IMG/VR virus record: IMGVR_UViG_3300047550_003482
Coordinates: 26,420 to 90,419 of that record
DNA length: 64,000 bases
Source of the DNA: a virus
Direction: 5' to 3' (one strand)
Of the stretch, positions 52,174 to 63,019 are shown piece after piece (position 1 is the stretch's first letter; the number at the start of each line of letters is the position of its first letter). The notes under the pieces were generated by a model. The model had not been told where the DNA came from, searched no databases, and saw nothing but the letters and a program-made list of their open reading frames with translations. The translations under genes and the position numbers were made by a program.

Positions 52174-53167
52174 TGACAATTTCCCCGATGTATGGACTGT
52201 TGATCCATTTTGCATATGTTTCAGCTTGATCACCAATCTTAGTCAATTCATATTGCTTGCAAAATCGCATGAAATGAATTCCAACTTGAGGGATCGTGCT
52301 GGTTCGTACTGATGACTTGATACGTTCATCAACTTCACGTTTGATGTCATCAGGTTGTGCAGTGAGGTCAATTAGCATACGATTACGTTCATAGCATTCA
52401 CGTACACGTTGTTCTGTACCATTGTGGTCAGTCCAACGTTGTAGCATAAAATTATTCCACTTGAATCCTTGCTTTGTACGATCTTCAAATGCTTCACGAA
52501 TACCTACACGATTTTTGCTACCCTTTTCAGGGGCGCGTGGATATGCCGTGAACACATTATCACCAGCATCACCTCGGATGATCTTCTTGAACAATTGATA
52601 TTGCGGATCTTCAAGAAGTTTTGGTGTTTTGTCCTTTTCAAGAACAGGCTTGCCGTTGTCCTTAAAAAAGCCATTCAGTGTGATCAATTCATTAGTGATA
52701 CCATTATATTGGTGTACATTCTCACTGATCAACTGCACAAAGTCAGTATCAGAAGAAATAATGTAATGTGTATCGTTTGGATGTAGATTGATGAATCGTG
52801 CAATGATATCGTCAGCCTCAGCACGTTCATGGCGAATTACTGAAGTGTTGGTCTTTTCACGGATGAACGTACAGAATTTTTCGTAGGTTTCCCAAAACAA
52901 CTTGTTTTCTTCGATTTCTTCTTCAGTTTGGGACAATGTATCAACGATACGATTCTTCTTGTAAGGTTCGTATACATCTTTACGCCATGACCGACCTTCA
53001 AGACAAAACACAACGTGATCAATCTTATGTTGTCTAACAACCTGATTAACCGAAGCTAGTGTTAGATGAAGAGCCATGCCTACTTTTTCTTGTGGATCGC
53101 TATTGCGACTTGCTACGTGACGGGCACGGAAGAAAAGATTAGCTGTGTCAATTAGTGCGTATCGCAT
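52160..53167 (-). CDS. rnh: T4 RNase H-like 5'-3' exonuclease (FEN fold)
   Basis: LID..NLFFRA, SWRK..Y..YK.NR, EADD.I, SSD.DF.QL, GD.GDN. Confidence 0.9.
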   Translation of the reverse strand: MRYALIDTANLFFRARHVASRNSDPQEKVGMALHLTLASVNQVVRQHKIDHVVFCLEGRSWRKDVYEPYKKNRIVDTLSQTEEEIEENKLFWETYEKFCTFIREKTNTSVIRHERAEADDIIARFINLHPNDTHYIISSDTDFVQLISENVHQYNGITNELITLNGFFKDNGKPVLEKDKTPKLLEDPQYQLFKKIIRGDAGDNVFTAYPRAPEKGSKNRVGIREAFEDRTKQGFKWNNFMLQRWTDHNGTEQRVRECYERNRMLIDLTAQPDDIKREVDERIKSSVRTSTIPQVGIHFMRFCKQYELTKIGDQAETYAKWINSPYIGEIVNEGT

Positions 53168-53185
53168 TTTTATGCCTGAATATGG

Positions 53186-53650
53186 TTAAACATGAATTGA
53201 ATTATAACTCTTATTATTTTTCTTGTCAAACAAATTTTTATTTTGTGCGAACAGACGTTTTATGTAGTCTAAACTGGTAAGGTGACCAAATAGTTTTCCT
53301 TTTACTCTATGACAATTTGCACAAAGAGTTTGTAGGTTACATTCACGATTGTCATCATGATTATTGTTGATATGGTCAGTATCTAACAAATTTTTATAAT
53401 GTTCCTTCAAAATAGTAGCTGTACATTTGAATCCAAGTCTACCATCAATATTTTCACAATATTCTTTGCGATAAGATTTATATGCCCAATCACCTAAACG
53501 ATATTTTTGACAATGGTGTGCATGGCATTCTTTTCTGTAATAAATACTTCCATCTTTTCTCTTATTACCGGTATTTTGACCAAAACTATTACACCCTTCA
53601 ACAATACATTTAGGTCTGTTTTTATTTTTGAGCAGATTTGTAAACATCAT
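53186..53650 (-). CDS. HNH endonuclease
   Basis: CE..., LDTDHINNN..DN...NLQTLCANCH; its 3' end contains a TTGACA-N17-TATAAT promoter (53201-53229). Confidence 0.8.
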   Translation of the reverse strand: MMFTNLLKNKNRPKCIVEGCNSFGQNTGNKRKDGSIYYRKECHAHHCQKYRLGDWAYKSYRKEYCENIDGRLGFKCTATILKEHYKNLLDTDHINNNHDDNRECNLQTLCANCHRVKGKLFGHLTSLDYIKRLFAQNKNLFDKKNNKSYNSIHV

Positions 53651-53672
53651 TAACCTCTATAATTTCGTGATG

Positions 53673-54772
53673 TTAGGAAAAAGCAAAAACTTCATTAAAG
53701 TTTTCTTTTGAAAGAAATGGTTTATTATACACTTTTGTTTTAGTTGGATCTACTTTATTAAGTAGAGGCAATTTATTACCATGTGTTTGTTTGTATTGTT
53801 TTGCTAGTTCCCCTTCTGCCCATGTTGCAAGTGTAAAATCATCGTCATTAGTTTCTATTATATTGTAGTGTGCTCTTTGAGTAATATCCCAAACTCCAAT
53901 ATGCAACATATCTTTATTAAAGTTTTCAACAACTAATTTTTTGGGTATCAAAAAATTTCGTACTGCATAATAAAAATCCGATCCATGACTGCTATACGGA
54001 GGACCTGAATCCCATCCCGGGACATGTGACACTTGTCGTACAATTCTTTCACCTACTTGACGTTCACGTTTTTCGCTCAAGCTAGGGGAACTCATTCCTA
54101 CCTTTAAAATATCAGCATAAAGTGTTTTTGGTTGGTATACCATTGCATATACATATGCTCTGGTAATAGTTTTACTCCTCATTATCTCATAAATTTCTTT
54201 GCTAGAATTAAGAAATTTACAACTAATGACAAAGTCAGGTTCGTAAACATCTATGTCAATCATGTGTATCTCTATAGTTAACTTACTTCACTTCTACCAT
54301 TACCAATATCCTTAGACCTAATGATACGAATATCATCACGTTTTTCAGGATCTGCTACTTGTTGCTCATATAACTCAAGAGCAATATTGCGACAAACAGA
54401 TTGAAACCATCTATCAACGATAGTTTGATCAGATTCATCATCACGTAGTTTATACCCTGCACGAATTAAATTCAATACAAATTTGTCATTCCAATCTAGT
54501 TCAAAACTCCCATTGTTGATATTGTTATGATCTAACTCTACTTTAATGATGTTAATGTAGGGTTCATTGTTTTGTGTTGCTAACTCTTTAGCAGAAAGAG
54601 TTTTTGGAGTTTCTACTTGTTTTGGCTTTCTTGGCTTTCTTGGCTTCTTAGGTTGAACTGGTTTGATATCTGGTTCAACTTCTTTTTCTACTTGTACTTC
54701 ATGTACCTTTTCAATTACTATCGGCTGTGGTTGTTCTGGTTTTTTGAATAAGCTTTTTAATTTGTTTAGCAT
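53673..54772 (-). other. Two hypothetical CDSs (53673-54263, 54278-54772)
   Basis: ORF track. Confidence 0.7.
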
Positions 54773-54833
54773 GTTACACCTCAAAATTATTTATAAGATT
54801 GTTTTTTTGATAAATATTAAAAAGGAGAAAATT

Positions 54834-55274
54834 ATGGAAATCATAAGTATTATATTCATTGCAATTGTTGCAGTCTTCATTATTTTAAGAATAAAACGTG
54901 AAAATGAACTTGAAGAAGCAAGGTTGAAGGAATATGAAAAAATTGAACCTACTCTTGAGCCAATTCAACCTGTTGTCGCTCCCGTAGTAGAGCCTGTAAA
55001 AACAGAGCCTGTTGTAGCAACAGAGGTTAAGCCCGAAGTTGTTGAAACAAAACCAGAACCAGCCCCTGTCGTTGAAACCAAAGTTGAAGAAGTCAAGCCT
55101 GCAGTTGATAATGTTATTGACATGAAAAATGCTCCCAAAAAAGCAAAAGCAAGAACCAAAAAAGTTCTTGACCAAAACAATGATGGCAAAGTCAATGTCA
55201 AAGACATAAAAGAAGCAGTGAAAAAGACAACTCCATCAAGAAAAAGAACTAAAAAGTCTTCAGATAAAGTTTAA
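54834..55274 (+). CDS. Membrane-anchored Pro/Val/Glu-rich protein with EF-hand-like DQNNDGKVN motif
   Basis: TAAATA plus AAGGAG SD; N-terminal TM helix. Confidence 0.7.
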   Translation: MEIISIIFIAIVAVFIILRIKRENELEEARLKEYEKIEPTLEPIQPVVAPVVEPVKTEPVVATEVKPEVVETKPEPAPVVETKVEEVKPAVDNVIDMKNAPKKAKARTKKVLDQNNDGKVNVKDIKEAVKKTTPSRKRTKKSSDKV

Positions 55275-56294
55275 TTTTTTAGCCTCTTCATACAAGGCAA
55301 AACTCGCTAGGTTTTTTGCTTTGCTCTCGCACATTAGGTCTGCATATTCCAAATGAGTCAACGCCCAATCGTTGACTTTTTTATTGTGGTAGTAATCGCT
55401 GTGTGCCCTAAGTTTTTGTTTGTTGTATCCAGATTCAATCAACGTGCTAAGATTGGGAAGTTCAGTGCTGGGGATGCCAGCAAGATACTCTTCCCTACTA
55501 ACACTATAATGAATAACAGGACGCACACCGCGCCAACTGTCAATAATCCGTTTAATACGTTCATCAGTAGTTTCAATGTATTCTCCTTCACGAACCCAAT
55601 TGTGATGTATATCGAGAACTATGGGCAGCAAATCACTTAGTGATAGGCAATCATCTAGTCCCCATGCGTTTTCTTCATTCTCAATGGTAATTGAATTTCT
55701 TGCTTCAGGTGATAGTCGTTGATAGGCTTTTCGGATACCCTCTGGACCTTGTCTACCCGAGATGTGGACATTGATTTTAATGTCCTGAAATTGTTTACCG
55801 TACCCCATGAAACGGGCCATGTCTGCATGATATTCAAACTCCTCAATACTCTTATTTACCACCTCAGGACGATCACTTGCCAATACCACAAATTGATCAG
55901 GATGAAATGACACCCTAACATCATTCTTTCTCGCAGTTTCACCAATCGGTGCCATCCAACGTGCTAGACAATCTTGCACATACTGTGACTTCCAAAAGTC
56001 TTTGTAATCGTCATGCGTATAAAACGAAAACATGTCACTAGTCAAACGCAACATGCGAAGTGGTTTGGGCAATGATGCAACTTTCTTAACAAGGTTGTGA
56101 GTATTCATGATGTTTTGTTTAGCAACATCAATGATTTTTTGTTCAACAATATCCCGCTTGTTACGATTTGCCCAAGCTAAGGTAGTTCCCCCAGTGTTTA
56201 GCCCTTCAACACTAGAGATTTCACCTTTTTTGTTGATTTCTGCCCACTTACAAGCAAATCCTAGGCGTTTGATAGAGATGTCAAAAGTATGCAT
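55260..56294 (-). CDS. uvsE: UV-damage endonuclease
   Basis: LGFAC, RL.SD, SFHPDQF.VL.S, N.H.SG, IENEE, LDIHH, HYS, RAHSD, MCESK.KN. Confidence 0.92.
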   Translation of the reverse strand: MHTFDISIKRLGFACKWAEINKKGEISSVEGLNTGGTTLAWANRNKRDIVEQKIIDVAKQNIMNTHNLVKKVASLPKPLRMLRLTSDMFSFYTHDDYKDFWKSQYVQDCLARWMAPIGETARKNDVRVSFHPDQFVVLASDRPEVVNKSIEEFEYHADMARFMGYGKQFQDIKINVHISGRQGPEGIRKAYQRLSPEARNSITIENEENAWGLDDCLSLSDLLPIVLDIHHNWVREGEYIETTDERIKRIIDSWRGVRPVIHYSVSREEYLAGIPSTELPNLSTLIESGYNKQKLRAHSDYYHNKKVNDWALTHLEYADLMCESKAKNLASFALYEEAKKLNFI

Positions 56295-56384
56295 GATAAT
56301 CCTGTATTTAGATAAATAATATAAAGTTTACACTATAAACGTATTAATTGTCAAAACAATAGGAACTATAATTAAAGGTATACA

Positions 56385-57050
56385 ATGCTTACCAAAGAAA
56401 TCATATGTGAAGCCACGATTGACCCAGATATTAAAGATATCCTTTTCGGAAAAGGTTACAAACTTTTAGGCGATGGAGCTGACCAACAAGCATGGCTTGC
56501 ACCTGATGGTACTGTTCTAAAAATATTCGGTTATGGAACAACTTATAGAGGGCGGTTAAGCAAAGGTCAACAAAGCTTTATTGATTACGCTAACTATTGC
56601 AAGCAAAATCCAAACAATCCATTTCTACTACAAATACTTGGATATGAAACATTTACATTCAAAAATAGAACCTACCTACAAATTAGAACAGAAAGATTGT
56701 TTCCATTTGATGGAATAAAAGGAGTTGCATACTTATTGGAAAGTCTAACAGAATATATAAAGGATTATGGTTTAACAAGAGGTTATAGAATGTTTTTCAA
56801 AGATAACCTATATCATCGAAATTTAGAAATAGAGTGGGAAAAAGAAAACGCAGCAGAGTTTGGTATGTTGGTTTCTCTTCTCGGTGGGGAAAAAGAATTA
56901 GAGTTGTTAGCAAAAACCATATCAGAACTAAATCAAATAGCGGATTCAAAGGGTTACATATTAGATTTACATGCTTATAACTTTTTATTAGGCAGCGATG
57001 GCGAAATCGTGATCAACGATCCATTTCACATTTCTGGCAGCGGTTCATAA
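56385..57050 (+). CDS. Protein-kinase-like fold protein
   Basis: LLG.G...AW, VLKI, DLHAYN, IVINDP. Confidence 0.65.
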   Translation: MLTKEIICEATIDPDIKDILFGKGYKLLGDGADQQAWLAPDGTVLKIFGYGTTYRGRLSKGQQSFIDYANYCKQNPNNPFLLQILGYETFTFKNRTYLQIRTERLFPFDGIKGVAYLLESLTEYIKDYGLTRGYRMFFKDNLYHRNLEIEWEKENAAEFGMLVSLLGGEKELELLAKTISELNQIADSKGYILDLHAYNFLLGSDGEIVINDPFHISGSGS

Positions 57051-57256
57051 ATATTTCAAAGAAAAATAAGTAGCAGCCTCTTCGTTGTAAAAAGTAAACT
57101 CTGTTTTTCTTGGAATTTGTTTTATGGCTTCCCAATCCCAACTTCCTGGAGTATATTGAAAATCAAAATCTACTCCAACTACTAACCCAATGGTTTTCAA
57201 TTCATGTACCACATCAAGCATTTGAGTTGCATTCAAATCTTTTAGTGTTAGAGTTT

Positions 57257-58084
57257 TCATTTTTTTACTTTAAGTAGGTCTTCAATATTGTACAAGTGTT
57301 TCATATATGGACTCACATCTTCTAGAACATAATGTTCAATGTCTCCATCACGACGAACACCTTTATTAACAACAAAGTCACAATCATTTACCTTCTTAAA
57401 AATATTTACCATTTCATTTACAGTGTATCCAACACCATGACCCAAACATTCAATCTTATTTGCAGGTGTCTCGATTGCCATTTCTATTGCATGGCAAATT
57501 TCTTCAACATGTACATAATCACGTACACATGTTCCATCAATAGTGTTAGGGTAATCAGTTCCATGTATAGTGAACTGTCCTGATTCTAACGCCTTTATTA
57601 AATTAAACATCAATCCGTCAATATTAGTAGGTCCAACTATAGTAGATCCAATTACATTGTAAAACCTAAATGTTGTATATTGACGATTGACTCTATTTGA
57701 GTTTGCACGTACAACATCTTCGGCTGCACGTTTACTAACACCATATGCACTTAAACAATCTTTTGCTGCACCGGTACTTGCAAAAATAAAGTTTTCTGTG
57801 TTAGTTTGATTCAAAAGATTGATTGTACCATTTAAATTAGTTTTGTAGTAACTTATAGGGTTTTTTTGGCCTTCACCTACATTAACCAATGCAGCTAAAT
57901 GTACAATAGCATCATATTTAGTATGAATACTAAAGTGTTTAGTGATATCATATTGATAAAACTTGTCTACTGACACTCTTGGTTCAACAATATCAAGACC
58001 ATGGATCTCATATTTGCCCGTGAGCATTTTACATAGATGAGATCCTATGTAGCCAGAACTACCGGTAATAAGTACTTTTTTCAT
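57257..58084 (-). CDS. NAD-dependent epimerase (GalE-like)
   Basis: ITGSSGYIGSH, HLAA, YGVSK, RFYNV.G, DGTCVRDY.HV. Confidence 0.92.
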   Translation of the reverse strand: MKKVLITGSSGYIGSHLCKMLTGKYEIHGLDIVEPRVSVDKFYQYDITKHFSIHTKYDAIVHLAALVNVGEGQKNPISYYKTNLNGTINLLNQTNTENFIFASTGAAKDCLSAYGVSKRAAEDVVRANSNRVNRQYTTFRFYNVIGSTIVGPTNIDGLMFNLIKALESGQFTIHGTDYPNTIDGTCVRDYVHVEEICHAIEMAIETPANKIECLGHGVGYTVNEMVNIFKKVNDCDFVVNKGVRRDGDIEHYVLEDVSPYMKHLYNIEDLLKVKK

Positions 58085-59418
58085 TCAAAACTAAATAAAC
58101 TTTCGTTTGTTTCCTCAATCGGATTAAAAAAAGGATCCTTTGTTAAATAGGTATCTTTGTCTGTATAGATTATACGAAATTTATGCTTATTAGTCAACAC
58201 GCTACGAATGTCATCAATACAGATGACTTTACGTTTTAGTGAATCAATATAATCGGATAGCTTAACCGTCTTTTCATTGCAAATTTTTGCAGTATTGCTG
58301 TTTGATTGTTTTGCAACAAATTCACTAAAACAATCATTCCACTTACGAAACACCTGTTCTTCTTTTTGGTTTATTTCCTTTAATGGACGACCATTATCAT
58401 ACCAATCTTTAGCAGTAGCAAATCTTTTGTATGCATCTAATACATCTTCTGCCATTTCTTTTTTGTTAGTTTCAAAAAATAAATGTCCATCAAAGTTCTT
58501 AGTCCAACGTTGATTTCCTAAACAAAAAGTAGGCAACTGTATAATCTGTTCATAGAAAGCCATACCATAACTCTCTACTGTACTTGGGTTGAACGCAACT
58601 CTAGAACTACTAATAAAGTCTACTTTTTCTTGTCCTACAATACTAGCACGAACATCATAGGTTACACCAATCTTTTTCAATCGTTCTTCAAACTTCTTGA
58701 CACCATTAGGGCTAGTCATTACTTTAGCTGGTAGCTTAGTCTTTTCAATCAATTCTATGAAAAGTTCAGGATTCTTGCCCTCTTCCCAACGACCCACAAA
58801 CAACACACCCTCACGTTCGCCTTTATATTCTTCTAGTAATCCTCTTTCAGTAATAGGAATAGGAAGATACCATGCACCATTACTCATAGAAATTTGATTA
58901 AATTTACTTTGTGTTCCAATCCACAATCCATTACATTCAAGTTGCTTACGCATCATGTCATTAGTAGAATGAAGGAATGGATTCTTAGTGTCTTTGAAGA
59001 TTTGGCTTTCTAAATGTGTATATGCGATCACTTGGATGCAATCTTCAAGACCCATAGTCAATGCAACCTGAATAGATTCATATGTGTTACACACAATTAC
59101 ATCATATAAATTTTTCTCTAATGCTTGTACAATAGCATTGCGAAAGTTAGCCATACGTTCATAGCAAAATGTATCACCATACATAAAAATATTGCTATGT
59201 TCAGTGTAGCGTAATGGATCACGTGGCGTGATAATATTTGCCTTCAATGAAGAAACAAATTCACTGTCAGGTATGTCTTTGTCGGTGACGATATCAACTC
59301 TGATATTGTGTTCATCCATTAATTCACAGAAACTTTTAGCGAATTGCCCAATCCCACCATGTGGAATAAGTGTCTGTGAGCTAACCAAAAACATGATTCT
59401 TTTGTTATATGTTCTCAT
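58081..59418 (-). CDS. GT-B (GT4-like) glycosyltransferase
   Basis: GGIG, LFVGRWE..KNP, PS..ESYGM...E. Confidence 0.8.
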   Translation of the reverse strand: MRTYNKRIMFLVSSQTLIPHGGIGQFAKSFCELMDEHNIRVDIVTDKDIPDSEFVSSLKANIITPRDPLRYTEHSNIFMYGDTFCYERMANFRNAIVQALEKNLYDVIVCNTYESIQVALTMGLEDCIQVIAYTHLESQIFKDTKNPFLHSTNDMMRKQLECNGLWIGTQSKFNQISMSNGAWYLPIPITERGLLEEYKGEREGVLFVGRWEEGKNPELFIELIEKTKLPAKVMTSPNGVKKFEERLKKIGVTYDVRASIVGQEKVDFISSSRVAFNPSTVESYGMAFYEQIIQLPTFCLGNQRWTKNFDGHLFFETNKKEMAEDVLDAYKRFATAKDWYDNGRPLKEINQKEEQVFRKWNDCFSEFVAKQSNSNTAKICNEKTVKLSDYIDSLKRKVICIDDIRSVLTNKHKFRIIYTDKDTYLTKDPFFNPIEETNESLFSFE

Positions 59419-59647
59419 TGCTTGAGCTTCCAAATTAAAAATTCTTCTTCGCCAATATAGTAAATATCTGAGTTTCCTATTTGTTTGATATATCTTGATC
59501 CTTTATAGCAATGTTTAAACCACAATATTTTACCTGTCAAGTCACACCTTCTTGGAATAATACAATAATGTAGTTTCCAATGTTCAACCAGTTTTAGATA
59601 CGGTTGAAGGTAATCAATATAGTCTAATGCTATAGGATCAAGCACTT

Positions 59648-60499
59648 TTATGTACCCCATGCGTTCCGGAATAGAGGAATTTGAAGTCTATCACTATAAC
59701 GCAATCCGCATTTCATTGCAAATTCTGCTACACGTTTGTTGTTTAGATGATACACACTTTCAACACCGCCCACTGGCATCAAATAGACATTACCCTTGAA
59801 ACCATGCTTTTTGTAAACATCAACTGTATCTAGACATTCTTCTAAATCATCTTCGGTTGCGATTACAAACTTCAAGTAAGTATGACCAATTGATTCGTAT
59901 TGACAAACAACACTTGGTTTAATGGCATCAGACCTTAGTTCACCACTATTACTGAGTTTTGGGCTCACACTGAATGTTAGGCAATTATATCCACGTTGCT
60001 CAATACCCCAATGATAAAGATAATCTTTAAACTCATTAGTTAAAGGTTGTGTACCATTTGTTTCAAAGGTTAGTTCTTTTAATGATTTCATTTTTGAATC
60101 ATCTAATAGCTCAGGAAACGCTCGTTGCCAACCAAGTAATGGTTCACCACCAGTGATAACTAAGTGTTCTTCTCTCCATTCTTTGTAGGGTAAGAGGTCG
60201 GTGATTTTTTCAATGATAGTTTCTGTTGTAAAAACTGGTGAAAGGTCCTTGAACCTAGGATCCCAACTAGCATAAGAATCGCAGCCGGTATTAACAAGTG
60301 GTAAATCTCTATATTGCTTAAACTCTGTAATACGACTTGCAACCATGTCTCTTTCATTAGATTTTTCTCCTTTATTCATTCCAAAACCACTACAGGTAAA
60401 GTTACAACCAAATGTTCGTAGGAAGATACTAGGAACTCCCATATATCGGCCCTCACCTTGAATACTGTAAAATATTTCACTTACTTTTATTTGACGCAT
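59648..60499 (-). CDS. queE: 7-carboxy-7-deazaguanine synthase (radical SAM)
   Basis: EIFYSIQGEG...G.PS.FLR..GCN..C, CDS, TGGEPL, ETNG, SPKL. Confidence 0.88.
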   Translation of the reverse strand: MRQIKVSEIFYSIQGEGRYMGVPSIFLRTFGCNFTCSGFGMNKGEKSNERDMVASRITEFKQYRDLPLVNTGCDSYASWDPRFKDLSPVFTTETIIEKITDLLPYKEWREEHLVITGGEPLLGWQRAFPELLDDSKMKSLKELTFETNGTQPLTNEFKDYLYHWGIEQRGYNCLTFSVSPKLSNSGELRSDAIKPSVVCQYESIGHTYLKFVIATEDDLEECLDTVDVYKKHGFKGNVYLMPVGGVESVYHLNNKRVAEFAMKCGLRYSDRLQIPLFRNAWGT

Positions 60500-60507
60500 T
60501 TTTAATC

Positions 60508-61143
60508 CTATTCATACATTACTGTTGTGCTATCACCCAAAGACCATTTTGGATTAGTCTCAACTACATATTTCTTTGTGCAAACCTTGAAATCTGGAAA
60601 TTTCATTACTTTTGGATTGCTAGCAGCATCTAAAAATATACAACGATTATTAGGTTGTGCCGCATATTGCCCATTCTCTAATTCAATAAAATTGAAACTT
60701 TTATGATCTTCTGGATACTCTGCATAACTAGTATCAATTATATTAGTATCAGGGGCACAATTGTCAATTGTAAACAAATAATTGCCCTGATGAAACTTTT
60801 TGTCCTTCGCATAGAATCTACAACTTAGATTTCTTAGAAAGACTTTTTGTATCACAGTAAAATCATAACTAAAACAATCCCAAATTTGCAATGTATCCAA
60901 ACTCAAGAAAGAATCTTTGTCTAGGTCTGTATCTCTACTGACAAAAGCATTCAATGGTAACTTGTCATATAATGCTCCATAATTGGGTAAGTATGCTTCA
61001 ATACGAAAAGCCTGACTTCTTATGCTTTTGACACTTACCCAAATACAAGGTTCATATTCATTGTGACCTTGAGTAAAATCATATAAAAATTCTTTGCGTA
61101 TAAAGCAATGAATTGGTGGTAAATTAGCTACTAAATGTGCCAT
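60508..61143 (-). CDS. Conserved hypothetical protein within the que cluster
   Basis: ANLPP..., LQ.WDCFSY, Y.FT.D, HK, GQYAAQPNNR. Confidence 0.75.
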   Translation of the reverse strand: MAHLVANLPPIHCFIRKEFLYDFTQGHNEYEPCIWVSVKSIRSQAFRIEAYLPNYGALYDKLPLNAFVSRDTDLDKDSFLSLDTLQIWDCFSYDFTVIQKVFLRNLSCRFYAKDKKFHQGNYLFTIDNCAPDTNIIDTSYAEYPEDHKSFNFIELENGQYAAQPNNRCIFLDAASNPKVMKFPDFKVCTKKYVVETNPKWSLGDSTTVMYE

Positions 61144-61643
61144 TAAAATAAATCCTCATTCCAATGACGATGACCTTCACGCCATGCCATGTTGTATTTT
61201 GTTTCACGAACCTCTACGCGAAAACACCAAATTCGTTCAGCCTCACCTTTACCTAAATAATCAGGGATATATACCCCATTCATAAATCTGTAAAGTTGGT
61301 CAGCAATTAGTTCACATCCCATTGCTGGCAGAATCGTCAAATCCAATACATTACGTTTTGCCAAATCTTTATAGATTTCTAAGTCTGGATCATCTTCGGC
61401 AATCAACGTTTTGTGATCAAATTGATCTTTTAGTATTTGCTTAAGTTCTTTGAACCCACCATAATCACAAACCCAGCCACGCTTGTCAAGTTCATTTGCA
61501 CCGAAATAAAACTTGAAACTAAAGCTGTAGCCATGATTTTTATTACAATGGGTATCTGCCTTCCATTGCTTGTATGCTACTGGAAATTCATCTATATATT
61601 CTTTTGTGCTTACGTATTTGTAGACACATGGAGTATAAATCAT
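61143..61643 (-). CDS. queD: 6-carboxytetrahydropterin synthase
   Basis: HC...HGY, W..D.G..K......FDH, E..A, V.V.ET..N. Confidence 0.85.
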   Translation of the reverse strand: MIYTPCVYKYVSTKEYIDEFPVAYKQWKADTHCNKNHGYSFSFKFYFGANELDKRGWVCDYGGFKELKQILKDQFDHKTLIAEDDPDLEIYKDLAKRNVLDLTILPAMGCELIADQLYRFMNGVYIPDYLGKGEAERIWCFRVEVRETKYNMAWREGHRHWNEDLF

Positions 61644-62110
61644 ACTTTTTCCTTATGTAATTCTGATTCAGCTACCCTTTTTCTTAGACTGCTTGAACTA
61701 AAACTATGGTCTCTAGCATTAAAGATAATTTTGATATTGCGTTTTTCACAGATTTCTTTTCCTGTGAAATTTTTACTTTGATATTCAACGCCTAGTATAC
61801 GAACATCTATAGGAAGAGTCAACAAGATATCTTCCAAATCTTTTTCTGTTTCGTATACTACGATTTCATCAACATATCTACATGCTGCTAAGGTTATTTG
61901 TCGTTCAACAATTGATTGTACTGGTTTGTTTTTTGTTGTTGGACGATCAATAGTTGGGTTAGTTTGAAGCCCGGCAATCAAATAATCACAATGATTTTTT
62001 GCTTCAGCTAACATTGCAATATGTCCTGCATGAAGCAAATCCCAAGTGCTGAATGTTATGCCAATAGTTTTGTTTTCTTTTTTAAGTTCTTTAATTTTAT
62101 TGAAAATCAT
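61640..62110 (-). CDS. Cytidylyltransferase (TagD-like)
   Basis: DLLHAGH, L..GL, P...ER, YVDE, R.H..SSS.LR. Confidence 0.85.
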   Translation of the reverse strand: MIFNKIKELKKENKTIGITFSTWDLLHAGHIAMLAEAKNHCDYLIAGLQTNPTIDRPTTKNKPVQSIVERQITLAACRYVDEIVVYETEKDLEDILLTLPIDVRILGVEYQSKNFTGKEICEKRNIKIIFNARDHSFSSSSLRKRVAESELHKEKV

Positions 62111-62291
62111 CGTCCCGAGGCCTAGATGGAGGTGTGTTATATTCTTCTGCGATTACAATAACATTTACTAAAAATGTTGCTATTGCTATTACTGCAAATG
62201 TTCCCAATAAAAACCAGGCTACTCCTGTTTCTATTAGAACCAAGAAAAATAAGATGGCGAACCATCCTACAATATATTTTACGATAAACAT
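62097..62291 (-). CDS. Small membrane protein
   Basis: Two hydrophobic stretches. Confidence 0.55.
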   Translation of the reverse strand: MFIVKYIVGWFAILFFLVLIETGVAWFLLGTFAVIAIATFLVNVIVIAEEYNTPPSRPRDDDFQ

Positions 62292-62292
62292 T

Positions 62293-62964
62293 TTACTTTC
62301 TTGCCAATTGGTAAAATTCGTTTCTTACTTCTGGATCAGACTTGAATCCTCCACCTAACCTACTTGTAACAGTAGAGCTACCAGTATCCTCAACACCTCT
62401 AGCTGCTACACAATAATGCTTTGCATCAATCATTACAGCAACATCTTCAGTATCAAGAATGTATTGTAGAGTATGAAAGATTTGTTCAGTTAATCGTTCT
62501 TGAATTTGTGGGCGTTTGCTGAAATATTCAACAATACGATTGATTTTACTAAGACCAAGAACCTTATCTTTGGGAACATATGCAACTGTTGCCAAACCTG
62601 AAATTATAACTAGATGATGTTCACAATTGCTTTGAACACTAACATTACGTTCAACTACCATTTCGTTGTACTTCATTTTATTATCGACGGTAGTACATTT
62701 GGGAAATGCTTCGTAGTCTAGGCCCCAAAAAATTTCATTGACAGCCATTTTTGCCCATCGTGTTGGGGTTTCACGTAAACTATCATCAGATAAATCTAAA
62801 CCTAAAGTTTTCATAATTTCTGCCATATGATGTTCAATGACAGAGATTTTATCTTTACGTTCTAGTTTAGATTCTATTGTGGGAGTTTCTACACCCATCT
62901 TAACTAAATGTTCGTGTACTTTTATACCCAGTTGTGGGTCTACTTTGGTTTTATTGTATGACAT
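62293..62964 (-). CDS. folE: GTP cyclohydrolase I
   Basis: ETP.R.AKM, S.CEHH, GLSK..R, RPQIQERLT, H.C...RG. Confidence 0.95.
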   Translation of the reverse strand: MSYNKTKVDPQLGIKVHEHLVKMGVETPTIESKLERKDKISVIEHHMAEIMKTLGLDLSDDSLRETPTRWAKMAVNEIFWGLDYEAFPKCTTVDNKMKYNEMVVERNVSVQSNCEHHLVIISGLATVAYVPKDKVLGLSKINRIVEYFSKRPQIQERLTEQIFHTLQYILDTEDVAVMIDAKHYCVAARGVEDTGSSTVTSRLGGGFKSDPEVRNEFYQLARK

Positions 62965-63019
62965 ATTGAATCCTTCCTTACATGGATTAAAGTTTTGAAA
63001 AGTTGTCACCGTTGTGTGA

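Larger units (their letters stand above)
544..53229 (-). promoter_or_regulatory. Set of about 25 sigma70-type promoters, all on the minus strand
   Basis: TTGACA(/G)-N17-TATACT/TATAAT/TAGAAT starting at 544, 6676, 6923, 7208, 7683, 9780, 10614, 10833, 19320, 22135, 24244, 34605, 34987, 35671, 36094, 36727, 37570, 38329, 39359, 39877, 40821, 42661, 48817, 49457 (16-bp spacer), 53201. Confidence 0.85.
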
